From IMG/VR virus record IMGVR_UViG_3300025889_000075, positions 91,132 through 155,131 of that record: a stretch of DNA of 64,000 bases; one strand, given 5' to 3'. The position numbers and the translations under genes were made by a program. This document shows, piece by piece, positions 40,448 through 48,980 of the stretch. The DNA comes from a virus. A model generated the notes under the pieces. That model worked only from the letters and a program-made list of their open reading frames with translations. It was not told the origin of the DNA and ran no database searches. The stretch's first letter is position 1, and every line of letters starts with the position of its first letter.

Positions 40448-40857
40448 TCGTAGGATTTACTGCAAGCACATTTGACTTGCTTCACGCTGGTCATATTTCT
40501 ATGCTGCGCGAAGCAAAAGAGCAATGCGAATACTTAATTTGTGGTTTGCAAGTTGATCCTTCGTTAGATCGCCCAGAAAAAAATAAACCTGTACAAACTT
40601 TGGTTGAACGTTATATCCAGCTGTCTGCTGTTAAATACGTTGATGAAATTATACCGTATCAATCTGAAGAAGATTTAGAAGATATACTCAAAATGGTTAG
40701 TATCGACATACGTATTATTGGTGCTGAGTATAAGGATAAAAAATTTACTGGTCGCGCTACTTGTGCTTCTCGTGGAATTGAAATATTCTATAACAAGAGA
40801 GACCATAGATTTTCAACCAGCGATTTAAGGAGAAGAGTTAGTGAACTACAAATTTAA
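40444..40857 (+). CDS. cytidylyltransferase (TagD/glycerol-3-phosphate CT-like)
   Basis: FDLLHAGH, KYVDEIIPY, RDHRFSTSDLR. Confidence 0.85.
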   Translation: MIVGFTASTFDLLHAGHISMLREAKEQCEYLICGLQVDPSLDRPEKNKPVQTLVERYIQLSAVKYVDEIIPYQSEEDLEDILKMVSIDIRIIGAEYKDKKFTGRATCASRGIEIFYNKRDHRFSTSDLRRRVSELQI

Positions 40858-41239
40858 TGAAGGCAATTTAATTGCGGAGTTGAAAGAATATGTCGACAAA
40901 ACATACGACGAACATTATGCAACGGATAAATATCAGGCTACTGATGTTATTATTGATAGCGGTCACGGTACTGGGTTTTGCTTGGGTAACGTCATCAAAT
41001 ATGCAAAGCGATATGGACGCAAGGGAGATGCCGCTGAGCAACGTAAGGATCTCATGAAGATTCTTCACTATGCGTTGATTCAATTAAATATACACGACGA
41101 GGCAAACAAACCTGCTAAACCCGCACCATTTCATCATTCCGGTGTTTATCACGGAGATGATGGTAATTACCACAGATATAGCATCGATAATGCAGCAATC
41201 GCAGAGTGGAATAATCTATCAAAGAAAAAAGGAAAGTAA
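40841..41239 (+). CDS. DUF3310-like conserved phage protein
   Basis: HY...GFCLGNVIKYAKRYGRKG...DLMKILHY. Confidence 0.7.
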   Translation: MNYKFNEGNLIAELKEYVDKTYDEHYATDKYQATDVIIDSGHGTGFCLGNVIKYAKRYGRKGDAAEQRKDLMKILHYALIQLNIHDEANKPAKPAPFHHSGVYHGDDGNYHRYSIDNAAIAEWNNLSKKKGK

Positions 41240-41240
41240 T

Positions 41241-41996
41241 ATGAAGAAACTTCTAGCAACTGTATTGTTATTGCCAGCACTAGCATTAGCAAATCCAATT
41301 GACGATAATTGTGCGCAGCATACAATTCATGGTGCTCCAGTTAGCAGCATTACTTCTGGTACTCAGTATATCTGTCACGGTAATTATGCGGTACACTATC
41401 GCTATGATACTAAAACGGCAGAGTACGTTGTTGAGCATTTAGACGACGCTGATATTAACGGCGACGCAAAACGCAGAAACAACTTTAGAGAAGATCCTCT
41501 GGTTGACGATGAAAAAGAAGCACAACTTGAAGATTATAAGGGTCATCCATATGATCGTGGGCATTTGTCACCAGCAGCTGATAATCGTGCTGACTCAGAG
41601 CAGATGAGCGAGAGTTTCTATTTGACTAATATGGTTCCGCAAGATCCTGGTCATAACAGAGGTATCTGGCGTATTCTAGAAATTGGAGTTCGTAATACTG
41701 CTGCCGCTGGTGGTGATATTTACGTTATTAGTGGAACAATCTACGACGAAGGATATAAAGTTATCGGTAACGACTTGGGTGTTCCAACTAGAATTTGGAA
41801 AGTAGTCTTTGATGCCAACACTGGTGAAAGCATTGCCTTCCTGTTTCCGAATGAAAAACTTAGCACTAAGGATATGCCTCTTTATGCTACCTCAGTAGAT
41901 ATGGTAGAAAAAGAAACTGGTATTGACTTCTTCCCAAAAATGGGCGAGAATAAAGAAGACGTATTTGATCTTAACAACTGGCCAGAAATAAAATGA
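41241..41996 (+). CDS. secreted DNA/RNA non-specific endonuclease (NucA/EndoG family)
   Basis: Signal peptide MKKLLATVLLLPALALA; YDRGHLSPAAD, NMVPQ, NRGIW. Confidence 0.88.
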   Translation: MKKLLATVLLLPALALANPIDDNCAQHTIHGAPVSSITSGTQYICHGNYAVHYRYDTKTAEYVVEHLDDADINGDAKRRNNFREDPLVDDEKEAQLEDYKGHPYDRGHLSPAADNRADSEQMSESFYLTNMVPQDPGHNRGIWRILEIGVRNTAAAGGDIYVISGTIYDEGYKVIGNDLGVPTRIWKVVFDANTGESIAFLFPNEKLSTKDMPLYATSVDMVEKETGIDFFPKMGENKEDVFDLNNWPEIK

Positions 41997-42247
41997 GCAA
42001 CGTAGTAGACTTCGTTCAATATAAGAAATTTAAAGAAGAAACCTTGCGGCAAATCGAAGAAGAAGAAAACAATCGGAATCGATTTCGTAATATGAGTAAC
42101 GCTGAGTTGTCAGGTTTATTAAAATTTCTTAATGAACTTGACGAAGGAAATAATTTAGAGTATAGTATTAATGTTGAGGATGGTCATCAATACTATGACT
42201 TTGACACTGCTACTTACACTTTAGACCTATCTACTGACGAAGACTAA
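41993..42247 (+). CDS. hypothetical protein
   Basis: ORF in operon. Confidence 0.55.
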   Translation: MSNVVDFVQYKKFKEETLRQIEEEENNRNRFRNMSNAELSGLLKFLNELDEGNNLEYSINVEDGHQYYDFDTATYTLDLSTDED

Positions 42248-42248
42248 A

Positions 42249-43085
42249 ATGAAACAATTAAAGACGCCCTTGAGATATCCTGGTGGTAAATCAAGGGCAA
42301 CCAAGTTTTTATTTTCTAAACTTCCTGAAAAAATTCGTGCTTACCGTGAACCATTCTTAGGTGGTGGGTCAGTAGCGATTGAGTTCACTAAACGATTTCC
42401 AGATTGCCCCGTTTGGGTTAATGATAAGTATGCTAATCTTTATCATTTCTGGTCTCAACTTCAGAAAAACGGTGAGGCGCTATATAGTGCTATCTTAAAC
42501 TACAAGTTGAAGGCAGAATCGTATGAAGACGTGGATGCAGCACATCGAGAACTTTTTCTCAAAAGTCGAGAGGAAATCAGTGGACCTCTTGATCCTTTTG
42601 GGATTGCTGTTCGCTTTTTCATTATCAATAAGTGCAGTTTTTCTGGTCTTGGGGAATCTAGTGGATTTTCCGCAGCAGCAAGTAAACAAAACTTTTCCAA
42701 AAACAATATATCGCGATTACCAAAATATTCAGAACTGATTCAGAATTGGTTGATCACTAATAATGATTACACAAAAATCTTAGAAGGTTGTGAACAAGAC
42801 GAGTTTGTTTTCTGTGATCCACCATATGATATTAAATCAGCATTATATGGTAAGAATGGTAAGTATCATTTGTTTTTTGATCATTATGAGTTTTCTGTTG
42901 ACGCAACAAAATGCGCAGGTAATGTAATGATAACGTATAATTCAAATGAAGTACTTCGCGAAATTTATGAGGACTGGAATCAAATAGAATGGGACTTGAC
43001 TTACACTATGCATTCAGGTAAGATGTATCGTGAAGATGAGTCAAACAGAAAGGAATTGCTAATAACAAATTATGAAACTAAATGA
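42249..43085 (+). CDS. dam: DNA adenine methyltransferase (Dam/D12 class)
   Basis: LRYPGGKS, EPFLGGGS, DPPY. Confidence 0.88.
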   Translation: MKQLKTPLRYPGGKSRATKFLFSKLPEKIRAYREPFLGGGSVAIEFTKRFPDCPVWVNDKYANLYHFWSQLQKNGEALYSAILNYKLKAESYEDVDAAHRELFLKSREEISGPLDPFGIAVRFFIINKCSFSGLGESSGFSAAASKQNFSKNNISRLPKYSELIQNWLITNNDYTKILEGCEQDEFVFCDPPYDIKSALYGKNGKYHLFFDHYEFSVDATKCAGNVMITYNSNEVLREIYEDWNQIEWDLTYTMHSGKMYREDESNRKELLITNYETK

Positions 43086-43287
43086 AAATATGAAGTTTGC
43101 TTTTATTGATACTTTAGCAGCGACCCCAATTAACTTTACTTTAAATTTTATTTGTTTGAGCATAGCATTTTCTTTGCAAATGACAGCGATTGAAGCAGCA
43201 CCGTTTTTGACTGCAGTTTTTTTCGTTTGTGCAATTATTAGAAAATATTATATTAGAGAGTTCATTGATAGGAGGAACTATGATTAA
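43072..43287 (+). CDS. small two-TM membrane protein
   Basis: Hydrophobic ORF. Confidence 0.5.
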   Translation: MKLNENMKFAFIDTLAATPINFTLNFICLSIAFSLQMTAIEAAPFLTAVFFVCAIIRKYYIREFIDRRNYD

Positions 43288-43338
43288 GAAAGGCGAAACA
43301 TTGCCTGATGTGGTATTTAAATTTGGCGCATACGAAAA

Positions 43339-43611
43339 ATGAAAATTAGAACTGAACACACTAACATTGCTGGTTTTACTAAGGCAGCGAAACAAGGCGT
43401 TGTAACTGTAGAGTTTACCAAGATTGATTCTGGTGAACTTCGAGTAATGCCCTGTACTCTAAATACAACGTTGTCAGATCATAATGTTCAGGAGATTCTT
43501 GAACAAAAAGAAGACAATGAACATCTCGTTGTTTGGGCATTAGACAAAGAAGCGTGGAGATCATTCCGCGTTTCTACTCTAATTAAATGGTACGAAGGAT
43601 ATCCGCAATGA
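43339..43611 (+). CDS. WYL-like/SH3-fold conserved T4-like protein
   Basis: VEFTK.DSGE.R.M.CTL...WRSFR. Confidence 0.7.
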   Translation: MKIRTEHTNIAGFTKAAKQGVVTVEFTKIDSGELRVMPCTLNTTLSDHNVQEILEQKEDNEHLVVWALDKEAWRSFRVSTLIKWYEGYPQ

Positions 43612-43790
43612 CAGGAGCATACTTAGAAAGTCCTATGCATGAAGTAGAAGAAGAACCTCCTTTTCAAACTGAACTTGATATGGGCGCGAAAATTGACAAA
43701 CCTTATGATGGTCTATTTTACTGTTACATACGTAATGGTATGTTTCGATGGCCAGAATTTATTTCTTTTTACAAGAGGAAGAGATTATAA
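43608..43790 (+). CDS. hypothetical protein
   Basis: ORF coupled to both neighbours. Confidence 0.5.
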   Translation: MTGAYLESPMHEVEEEPPFQTELDMGAKIDKPYDGLFYCYIRNGMFRWPEFISFYKRKRL

Positions 43791-43978
43791 TGGCAAGAAA
43801 AGATCTTGATGTTGTTTATATGATTCCCGAGGGACAAACTCGAGAGTCACATGATTATCATTATACGGTATACAAGAAAAAGAAATTTCCTGAGAAATTT
43901 CGTATGAGAAAGTATAATCCGATCAGTCGTAAGCACGAATGGTTCATCGAAGTTAAGAAACCGCCGCACTCAAAATAA
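43790..43978 (+). CDS. rpmG: ribosomal protein bL33 homologue (Cys-free type)
   Basis: YHYTVYKKKKFPEKFRMRKYNPISRKHEWFIEVK aligns by eye with the bL33 pattern FYTTTKN...PEKLE.KKFDP..R.H..Y.E.K. Confidence 0.75.
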   Translation: MARKDLDVVYMIPEGQTRESHDYHYTVYKKKKFPEKFRMRKYNPISRKHEWFIEVKKPPHSK

Positions 43979-44397
43979 TGGCATACTCAGATCAAGTAAT
44001 GGACCACTATCAAAACCCACGTAATGTGGGTAAGATGGATGCTGACGACAGCGATGTCGGAACAGGCATGGTTGGCGCTCCATCTTGTGGTGATGTTATG
44101 AGGTTACAAATAAAAGTTGAAGGCGATGTAATCGTTGACGCCAAGTTTAAAACCTACGGTTGTGGTTCAGCGATTGCATCTTCTTCCCTTTTAACTGAAT
44201 GGGTTAAGGGAAGAACACTAGACGAAGCAGAAAAAATTAAGAACACAGAAATAGCAGAAGAACTGGCATTACCGCCAGTAAAAATTCACTGTTCTGTTTT
44301 GGCAGAAGATGCTATCAAAGCAGCAATTAAAGATTTAAAAGAAAAGAAAAAGAAATATAATAGTTTCTCTTATGAAACTCGTGTTGAAAAATCTTAA
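43978..44397 (+). CDS. iscU: Fe-S cluster scaffold IscU
   Basis: DHYQNPRNVG, GAPSCGD, KTYGCGSAIAS, LPPVKIHC. Confidence 0.95.
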   Translation: MAYSDQVMDHYQNPRNVGKMDADDSDVGTGMVGAPSCGDVMRLQIKVEGDVIVDAKFKTYGCGSAIASSSLLTEWVKGRTLDEAEKIKNTEIAEELALPPVKIHCSVLAEDAIKAAIKDLKEKKKKYNSFSYETRVEKS

Positions 44398-44432
44398 TCA
44401 TATAAGTAGTGTCAAACAACACGGTAAGTATC

Positions 44433-44561
44433 ATGGACACAGAAACATATGTTTCTAAACTGGCAATATTATTGAACCTTGAAAACTCTGAGAAAGAGAA
44501 ACTGAAGCAAAAAATTGAACAGCAACAAGCAGAATCTCCTACCACAGAACAACAAAGTTAA
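44433..44561 (+). CDS. small hypothetical protein (42 aa)
   Basis: Short ORF after a TATAAGTA late-promoter variant. Confidence 0.35.
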   Translation: MDTETYVSKLAILLNLENSEKEKLKQKIEQQQAESPTTEQQS

Positions 44562-44593
44562 TATATAATTCTACACATCATTGAGGTTATATC

Positions 44594-45010
44594 ATGAAAG
44601 CAGGAAAAATATGGGGTCAGACAGAACTGGTCGAGCATACTCCTTCCTTTGAATTTCATCGAATTGAATTCAAAGCGAACACGTGTTGTTCCGAACACTA
44701 CCATAAAACAAAATGGAATGGTTTTTTCGTTGAGTCCGGTACTCTAATGATCAAAACCTGGTCAGATGAACCGAGCGATGAACGACCAAACCTTTGCGAT
44801 CAAACCATTTTAAGATCAGGCGACTACTATAAAGTTCCTCCTGGTAAATGGCATCAGTTCGTTGGTGTTGATGATGGTGTTGCCTTCGAGTTGTATTGGG
44901 CAGAATTCAACGCTGACGACATAGTCCGTCGTACACAGGGAAAACGTTTAGAAGAGGTACAAACTGAACGAACCAATCACCCTATGACGGATTTGAATTA
45001 TGAGGATTGA
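44594..45010 (+). CDS. cupin-fold protein
   Basis: [20 protein letters not shown]. Confidence 0.75.
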   Translation: MKAGKIWGQTELVEHTPSFEFHRIEFKANTCCSEHYHKTKWNGFFVESGTLMIKTWSDEPSDERPNLCDQTILRSGDYYKVPPGKWHQFVGVDDGVAFELYWAEFNADDIVRRTQGKRLEEVQTERTNHPMTDLNYED

Positions 45011-46055
45011 AACTGAAATTAAACTCGATTACAGTGACGTGCTCCTTAAACCAAAAAGGAGCACAATGGGTTCTAGGAAAGAAGTAGAACTCAAAAGAGA
45101 ATTTAATTTTAGAAATTATCTTCAAAGAAGAGAACCACACTATTCCGGCATTCCTATAATGGCTGCAAATATGGATGGTGTTGGTACTTTTGAAATGGCG
45201 ATTTCTCTCTCTAGGCACGATATGTTTACTTGTCTTAAAAAAGATTATACGCCAAAACAGATTTCAACTTTTTTTAATGATAATAATAACATCAGAGAAA
45301 ACGTTGCTTATACAATGGGGATCGTTGATGCTGATGTTGTTAAGTACAAAGAAACGTTGAAACTAACAGATAAAATCAAATACGTTTGTATTGATGTAGC
45401 AAATGGTTATAGTGAAAGATTTATTGATTTTGTTGCGAAGTTCAGAGAAGAAAACCCAAGAGTCGTTATCATAGCAGGAAATGTTGTTACACCAGAAATT
45501 ACAGAGGAATTAATTCTACGTGGAGCTGATATTATCAAAGTCGGTATTGGTCCCGGTAGCGTGTGTACTACTCGTATTAAAACAGGCGTGGGATATCCAC
45601 AATTATCTGCAACCATTGAATGCGCAGATGCCGCTCATGGACTTGATGCACACATTATTGCTGATGGCGGGTGTGTATCTCCTGGCGACGTCGTAAAAGG
45701 ATTCGCTGGCGGCGCAGACTTTGTAATGCTCGGTGGTATGTTTGCTGGTTGTGATGAAGGCGGTGGCGTTGTTGAAAACGGTCTAGTCAAATTCTACGGG
45801 ATGAGTTCTAACGAAGCGCAAAAAAGTCACGGTGGTGTTAAAAACTATCGCGCGAGCGAGGGGAGAGTTGTAACTATTCCACACAAAGGAAAAGTTGAAC
45901 ATGTAGTTGAGGATATTCTTGGTGGGTTAAGATCAACTTGTACTTACGTTGGCGCGAAAACTCTCAAATCGCTAAGTAAATGTGCTACCTTTATTCGCGT
46001 GAATAATGGTAAACAATACAACACAACCTTTGAATCTCTAACGGTAGGCGATTAA
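45000..46055 (+). CDS. guaC: GMP reductase
   Basis: [35 protein letters not shown]. Confidence 0.92.
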   Translation: MRIETEIKLDYSDVLLKPKRSTMGSRKEVELKREFNFRNYLQRREPHYSGIPIMAANMDGVGTFEMAISLSRHDMFTCLKKDYTPKQISTFFNDNNNIRENVAYTMGIVDADVVKYKETLKLTDKIKYVCIDVANGYSERFIDFVAKFREENPRVVIIAGNVVTPEITEELILRGADIIKVGIGPGSVCTTRIKTGVGYPQLSATIECADAAHGLDAHIIADGGCVSPGDVVKGFAGGADFVMLGGMFAGCDEGGGVVENGLVKFYGMSSNEAQKSHGGVKNYRASEGRVVTIPHKGKVEHVVEDILGGLRSTCTYVGAKTLKSLSKCATFIRVNNGKQYNTTFESLTVGD

Positions 46056-46252
46056 TGAGCGAAACAATCTCAGCGATAACAGGCGTAACTCCTTCAGTCA
46101 CATCCTACACCTATACCCAACAGCAGGTATACGGCGCACCTGTTTTTGGTAAAGATAAAATTGTCGAAACTACTTACTCATACATCCTCTATGATAGGAA
46201 TGGATACGTTCAAAAAGTCGCTAATACCAGCACTGTTTCATATTTCGTTTAA
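46055..46252 (+). CDS. hypothetical protein
   Basis: ORF coupled to guaC. Confidence 0.5.
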   Translation: MSETISAITGVTPSVTSYTYTQQQVYGAPVFGKDKIVETTYSYILYDRNGYVQKVANTSTVSYFV

Positions 46253-46298
46253 AATCAATAACTTACCGCTTTACTTTTTCGAGAGAAATGGGCATAAT
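46253..46298 (+). promoter_or_regulatory. early promoter with IHF-consensus box
   Basis: AATCAAtaacTTA-N4-TTTACT-N17-CATAAT. Confidence 0.75.
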
Positions 46299-46324
46299 AT
46301 GTTTTCTTAATAAGGAAACGTAAG

Positions 46325-46504
46325 ATGATTAAAGTTAAATTAGAAGACCGAATTAAACGCTTTTTAGAAAATTATAGCGACGCCCGCTATATACCACTAC
46401 ACCCTGACGACTATAACCTTTTAAAAGCTGAAGGTCGCCTAAACAATTTTCCACTTCCCCTTTATAAACTAAAACCCTCCGGCGGCGGTAAAAAACCCGT
46501 TTAA
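46325..46504 (+). CDS. early small hypothetical protein (59 aa)
   Basis: AAGGA RBS; MIKVKLEDRIKRFLENY...GGGKKPV between two promoter copies. Confidence 0.6.
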   Translation: MIKVKLEDRIKRFLENYSDARYIPLHPDDYNLLKAEGRLNNFPLPLYKLKPSGGGKKPV

Positions 46505-46550
46505 AATCAATGGGTTAACGCTTTACTTTTTTATGGTTTTAGTTCATAAT
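46505..46550 (+). promoter_or_regulatory. early promoter with IHF-consensus box
   Basis: AATCAAtgggTTA-N4-TTTACT-N17-CATAAT. Confidence 0.75.
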
Positions 46551-46574
46551 TGTTTTATAAATTGAAGATAAGGA

Positions 46575-46970
46575 ATGAATATGGGAACAAGAGCAACTTA
46601 CGAGTTTCGCGACGAACTTCGCGGCAACCAAACTTTCTACATCCACTGGGATGGTTATCCCGAGGGTGCAGCGACGTACTTCCGCGAAATGCTTAGATCA
46701 CCGAAAGGTGGGTCTCTCGCAGCGAGATTCTTCCGCGCTAATCCTACCGCTGAGTTTACTCAAGGTTGTGAGTCGCACGGTGATACTGATTACCACTACA
46801 TGGTAGAACGAACAGATCTGCGTGGTCTGACAGTAACTGCTTATCTGATCAAGCGTAACTGGGAAACTGGTGATGCTGGTTACAATAACATCTGGCGTGG
46901 CAGCATCGAAGATTTCGTCGCTAAGTTTTGCGACGAAGATGAACTTTGCGACCAGTTGGAGATAGCGTAA
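46575..46970 (+). CDS. early hypothetical protein
   Basis: MGTRA...YIHWDGYP motif common in phage proteins. Confidence 0.65.
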   Translation: MNMGTRATYEFRDELRGNQTFYIHWDGYPEGAATYFREMLRSPKGGSLAARFFRANPTAEFTQGCESHGDTDYHYMVERTDLRGLTVTAYLIKRNWETGDAGYNNIWRGSIEDFVAKFCDEDELCDQLEIA

Positions 46971-47200
46971 TGAAAACTTTCCCTATGCCAGCATCCGTTT
47001 ACGAAGCAACAGATCTTGAGTCTACCCTTAGAATACTTGATCAGTGTTCCGATATCATTCATGACTATCGCGAAGCAGGATGTCCTGGTTTTCCTGGTAG
47101 CAACCCCTTCTATGATCGTCTGAGAGCGGTAGGTGTCACTCCTTTTGAAGCAGTAGACATCTTAGCAAGAACTTGGGATAACACTGAGGAGAATGTGTAA
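46970..47200 (+). CDS. hypothetical protein
   Basis: TAATG-coupled ORF. Confidence 0.55.
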   Translation: MKTFPMPASVYEATDLESTLRILDQCSDIIHDYREAGCPGFPGSNPFYDRLRAVGVTPFEAVDILARTWDNTEENV

Positions 47201-47448
47201 TGAAAATTCCTGTAACAACCAATCGATCTGATTTGTCTCGTGAGTTGAAGAACATGTTGGACGCCAAGATGTCAAAGGTTCACGAACAGATGTTAGAGTA
47301 TGAACGTGAAGGCGACACTGATATGGCGAACCGCATGGACTCATATGTCAATGCTCTCGAATATGCTTTTGCTTGTATCCTTGACCTTGACGAAGCGTAC
47401 GAGAAAGCGTATACTATTAGTTACAAGATCCCAATGGAGGTGGCGTAA
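47200..47448 (+). CDS. hypothetical protein
   Basis: TAATG-coupled ORF with RBS. Confidence 0.6.
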   Translation: MKIPVTTNRSDLSRELKNMLDAKMSKVHEQMLEYEREGDTDMANRMDSYVNALEYAFACILDLDEAYEKAYTISYKIPMEVA

Positions 47449-47687
47449 TGGACGATTATGATGTTTTTGAAAGCATCCGCGAGGAAGTCGAGTCAATCGA
47501 AGAGCGCGATCTTGGTAAGATCGCTGATGTTGTCCTTGGCGACAACTGGATCTTTCGTAACAACGGTATTGAAGATACTATTGAACAAGTGACGAAAAAA
47601 TTATATAGTAGTTACTTTGACACCTGCGCATCTGACGAGTGGGGTCCCAGCAAGTACGCTCGCTGGTTTATTGGTTCAAATTGTTAG
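47448..47687 (+). CDS. hypothetical protein
   Basis: TAATG-coupled ORF with GGAGG RBS. Confidence 0.6.
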   Translation: MDDYDVFESIREEVESIEERDLGKIADVVLGDNWIFRNNGIEDTIEQVTKKLYSSYFDTCASDEWGPSKYARWFIGSNC

Positions 47688-47694
47688 GAATCGT

Positions 47695-48018
47695 ATGATT
47701 ATACATACTACCTCTCGCTATGATTTCAATGGTCGTAAACGCAAACCTCGTAAGATAAAAGGAGAAGTCTGTGCCAAATATGTCCCACCGAAGTTCCAGG
47801 AGTACAAACCGAAATCGTCAATCTCAGCAGAAAGAGCGTCTGAGACAAATCGCTACCCATCGTGTGTGGCTTCTCCAGCAAAAGCGCGAGGAAATAGCAA
47901 GGAGTCTCCAAGATACACAGGAGACTACGTCATCGGAATCGCAACCCTCCACAAATCAAACGCAGTTCCTGTAACCAACAAGAAGTACGCGACTGAAATT
48001 TCGGAGATGATTTCATGA
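47695..48018 (+). CDS. conserved hypothetical protein
   Basis: YTG..VIGIATLHKSNAVPV. Confidence 0.6.
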   Translation: MIIHTTSRYDFNGRKRKPRKIKGEVCAKYVPPKFQEYKPKSSISAERASETNRYPSCVASPAKARGNSKESPRYTGDYVIGIATLHKSNAVPVTNKKYATEISEMIS

Positions 48019-48179
48019 CAGATTACACTTCGAAGAAGTGGAACAGTCTCAACGATCTGAAACGAGCGATTGAGAACGATAAAAAAGAAACGGTAATTGA
48101 CTTTAATGGTCATACCCTTTTGACTAAAAAATGGCAATACCAGTTGTATGATGGTATTTTGATTAGGAAGAAAAGATGA
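48015..48179 (+). CDS. small hypothetical protein (54 aa)
   Basis: ATGA overlaps at both ends. Confidence 0.5.
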   Translation: MTDYTSKKWNSLNDLKRAIENDKKETVIDFNGHTLLTKKWQYQLYDGILIRKKR

Positions 48180-48394
48180 CAGTTCGTTATAAACAAGAGA
48201 TCACTGACTGGACGAAAGCACCAGCAACCCCAAACCATATCTACATCACCGATGGGAAAACTCTCATCGGTGTCATTCCACAGTTTGGTCCTCAAAAAGG
48301 GATCAAAAAAATGTTCTCAAAACCCTATCGTCAATGGAGTGCCTCGCGTCGAAAGTTTCGAGAATTATCTCCGAAGGAAATTGAATCTTTATAA
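48176..48394 (+). CDS. hypothetical protein
   Basis: EITDW...PNHIY...SRRKF. Confidence 0.6.
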   Translation: MTVRYKQEITDWTKAPATPNHIYITDGKTLIGVIPQFGPQKGIKKMFSKPYRQWSASRRKFRELSPKEIESL

Positions 48395-48397
48395 ATA
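48390..48397 (+). promoter_or_regulatory. T4-type late promoter driving the exported-protein operon
   Basis: TATAAATA. Confidence 0.75.
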
Positions 48398-48431
48398 AGT
48401 TTCGATTAGATGATGTTACTGAGGTTATATT

Positions 48432-48980
48432 ATGCGATATTTAATTTTGTTGTTGTGCGTTTTGATTTCTTCTAATGTTTTTGCGGAAGAGACCGATATT
48501 ATTTACACCGATTCTACCACAAGGAGCACGGTAGATTCTAAAGCAAAGAATGAAACAACCCTGAAGTCTCCTCCCCCATCAGCAATCACGCCGACTATTA
48601 ATACTTCAAACTCTGATTTATGTACATTCGGCGTTGCTGGTGCAATACAGACACAGATACTAGGTATTTCTACTGGTACTCAGGTTACGGATGAGAACTG
48701 CGAAAGGTTGAAGTTGTCCAAGACCCTCTATGATATGGGTATGAAAGTTGCTGCGGTATCTACATTGTGTCAAGATCGTCGAGTTTTTGACGCAATGATG
48801 ATGGCAGGAACTCCTTGCCCTTATGATGGTTTGATTGGAGTTGAGGCAAAGAATGCTTGGGAGACAGACGAAGAACTGCAACCCATTGCATCAAAAAACG
48901 AAAAAGGAATGAAGGATGGTACTAAGACGTTGCTTGGTGGCGCTGGCGTTGCTAGTCTGCTCATCTTACTCCTCATCTGA
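48432..48980 (+). CDS. exported Cys-containing protein with C-terminal membrane anchor
   Basis: Signal peptide (..NVFA), four Cys in mature part, C-terminal hydrophobic tail. Confidence 0.7.
   Translation: MRYLILLLCVLISSNVFAEETDIIYTDSTTRSTVDSKAKNETTLKSPPPSAITPTINTSNSDLCTFGVAGAIQTQILGISTGTQVTDENCERLKLSKTLYDMGMKVAAVSTLCQDRRVFDAMMMAGTPCPYDGLIGVEAKNAWETDEELQPIASKNEKGMKDGTKTLLGGAGVASLLILLLI

Noticed and set aside
42249-43085. dam as the methyl source for the TET-like enzyme
   Set aside because: The DPPY motif indicates an amino-methyltransferase, not the C5-methyltransferase that phage TET substrates require
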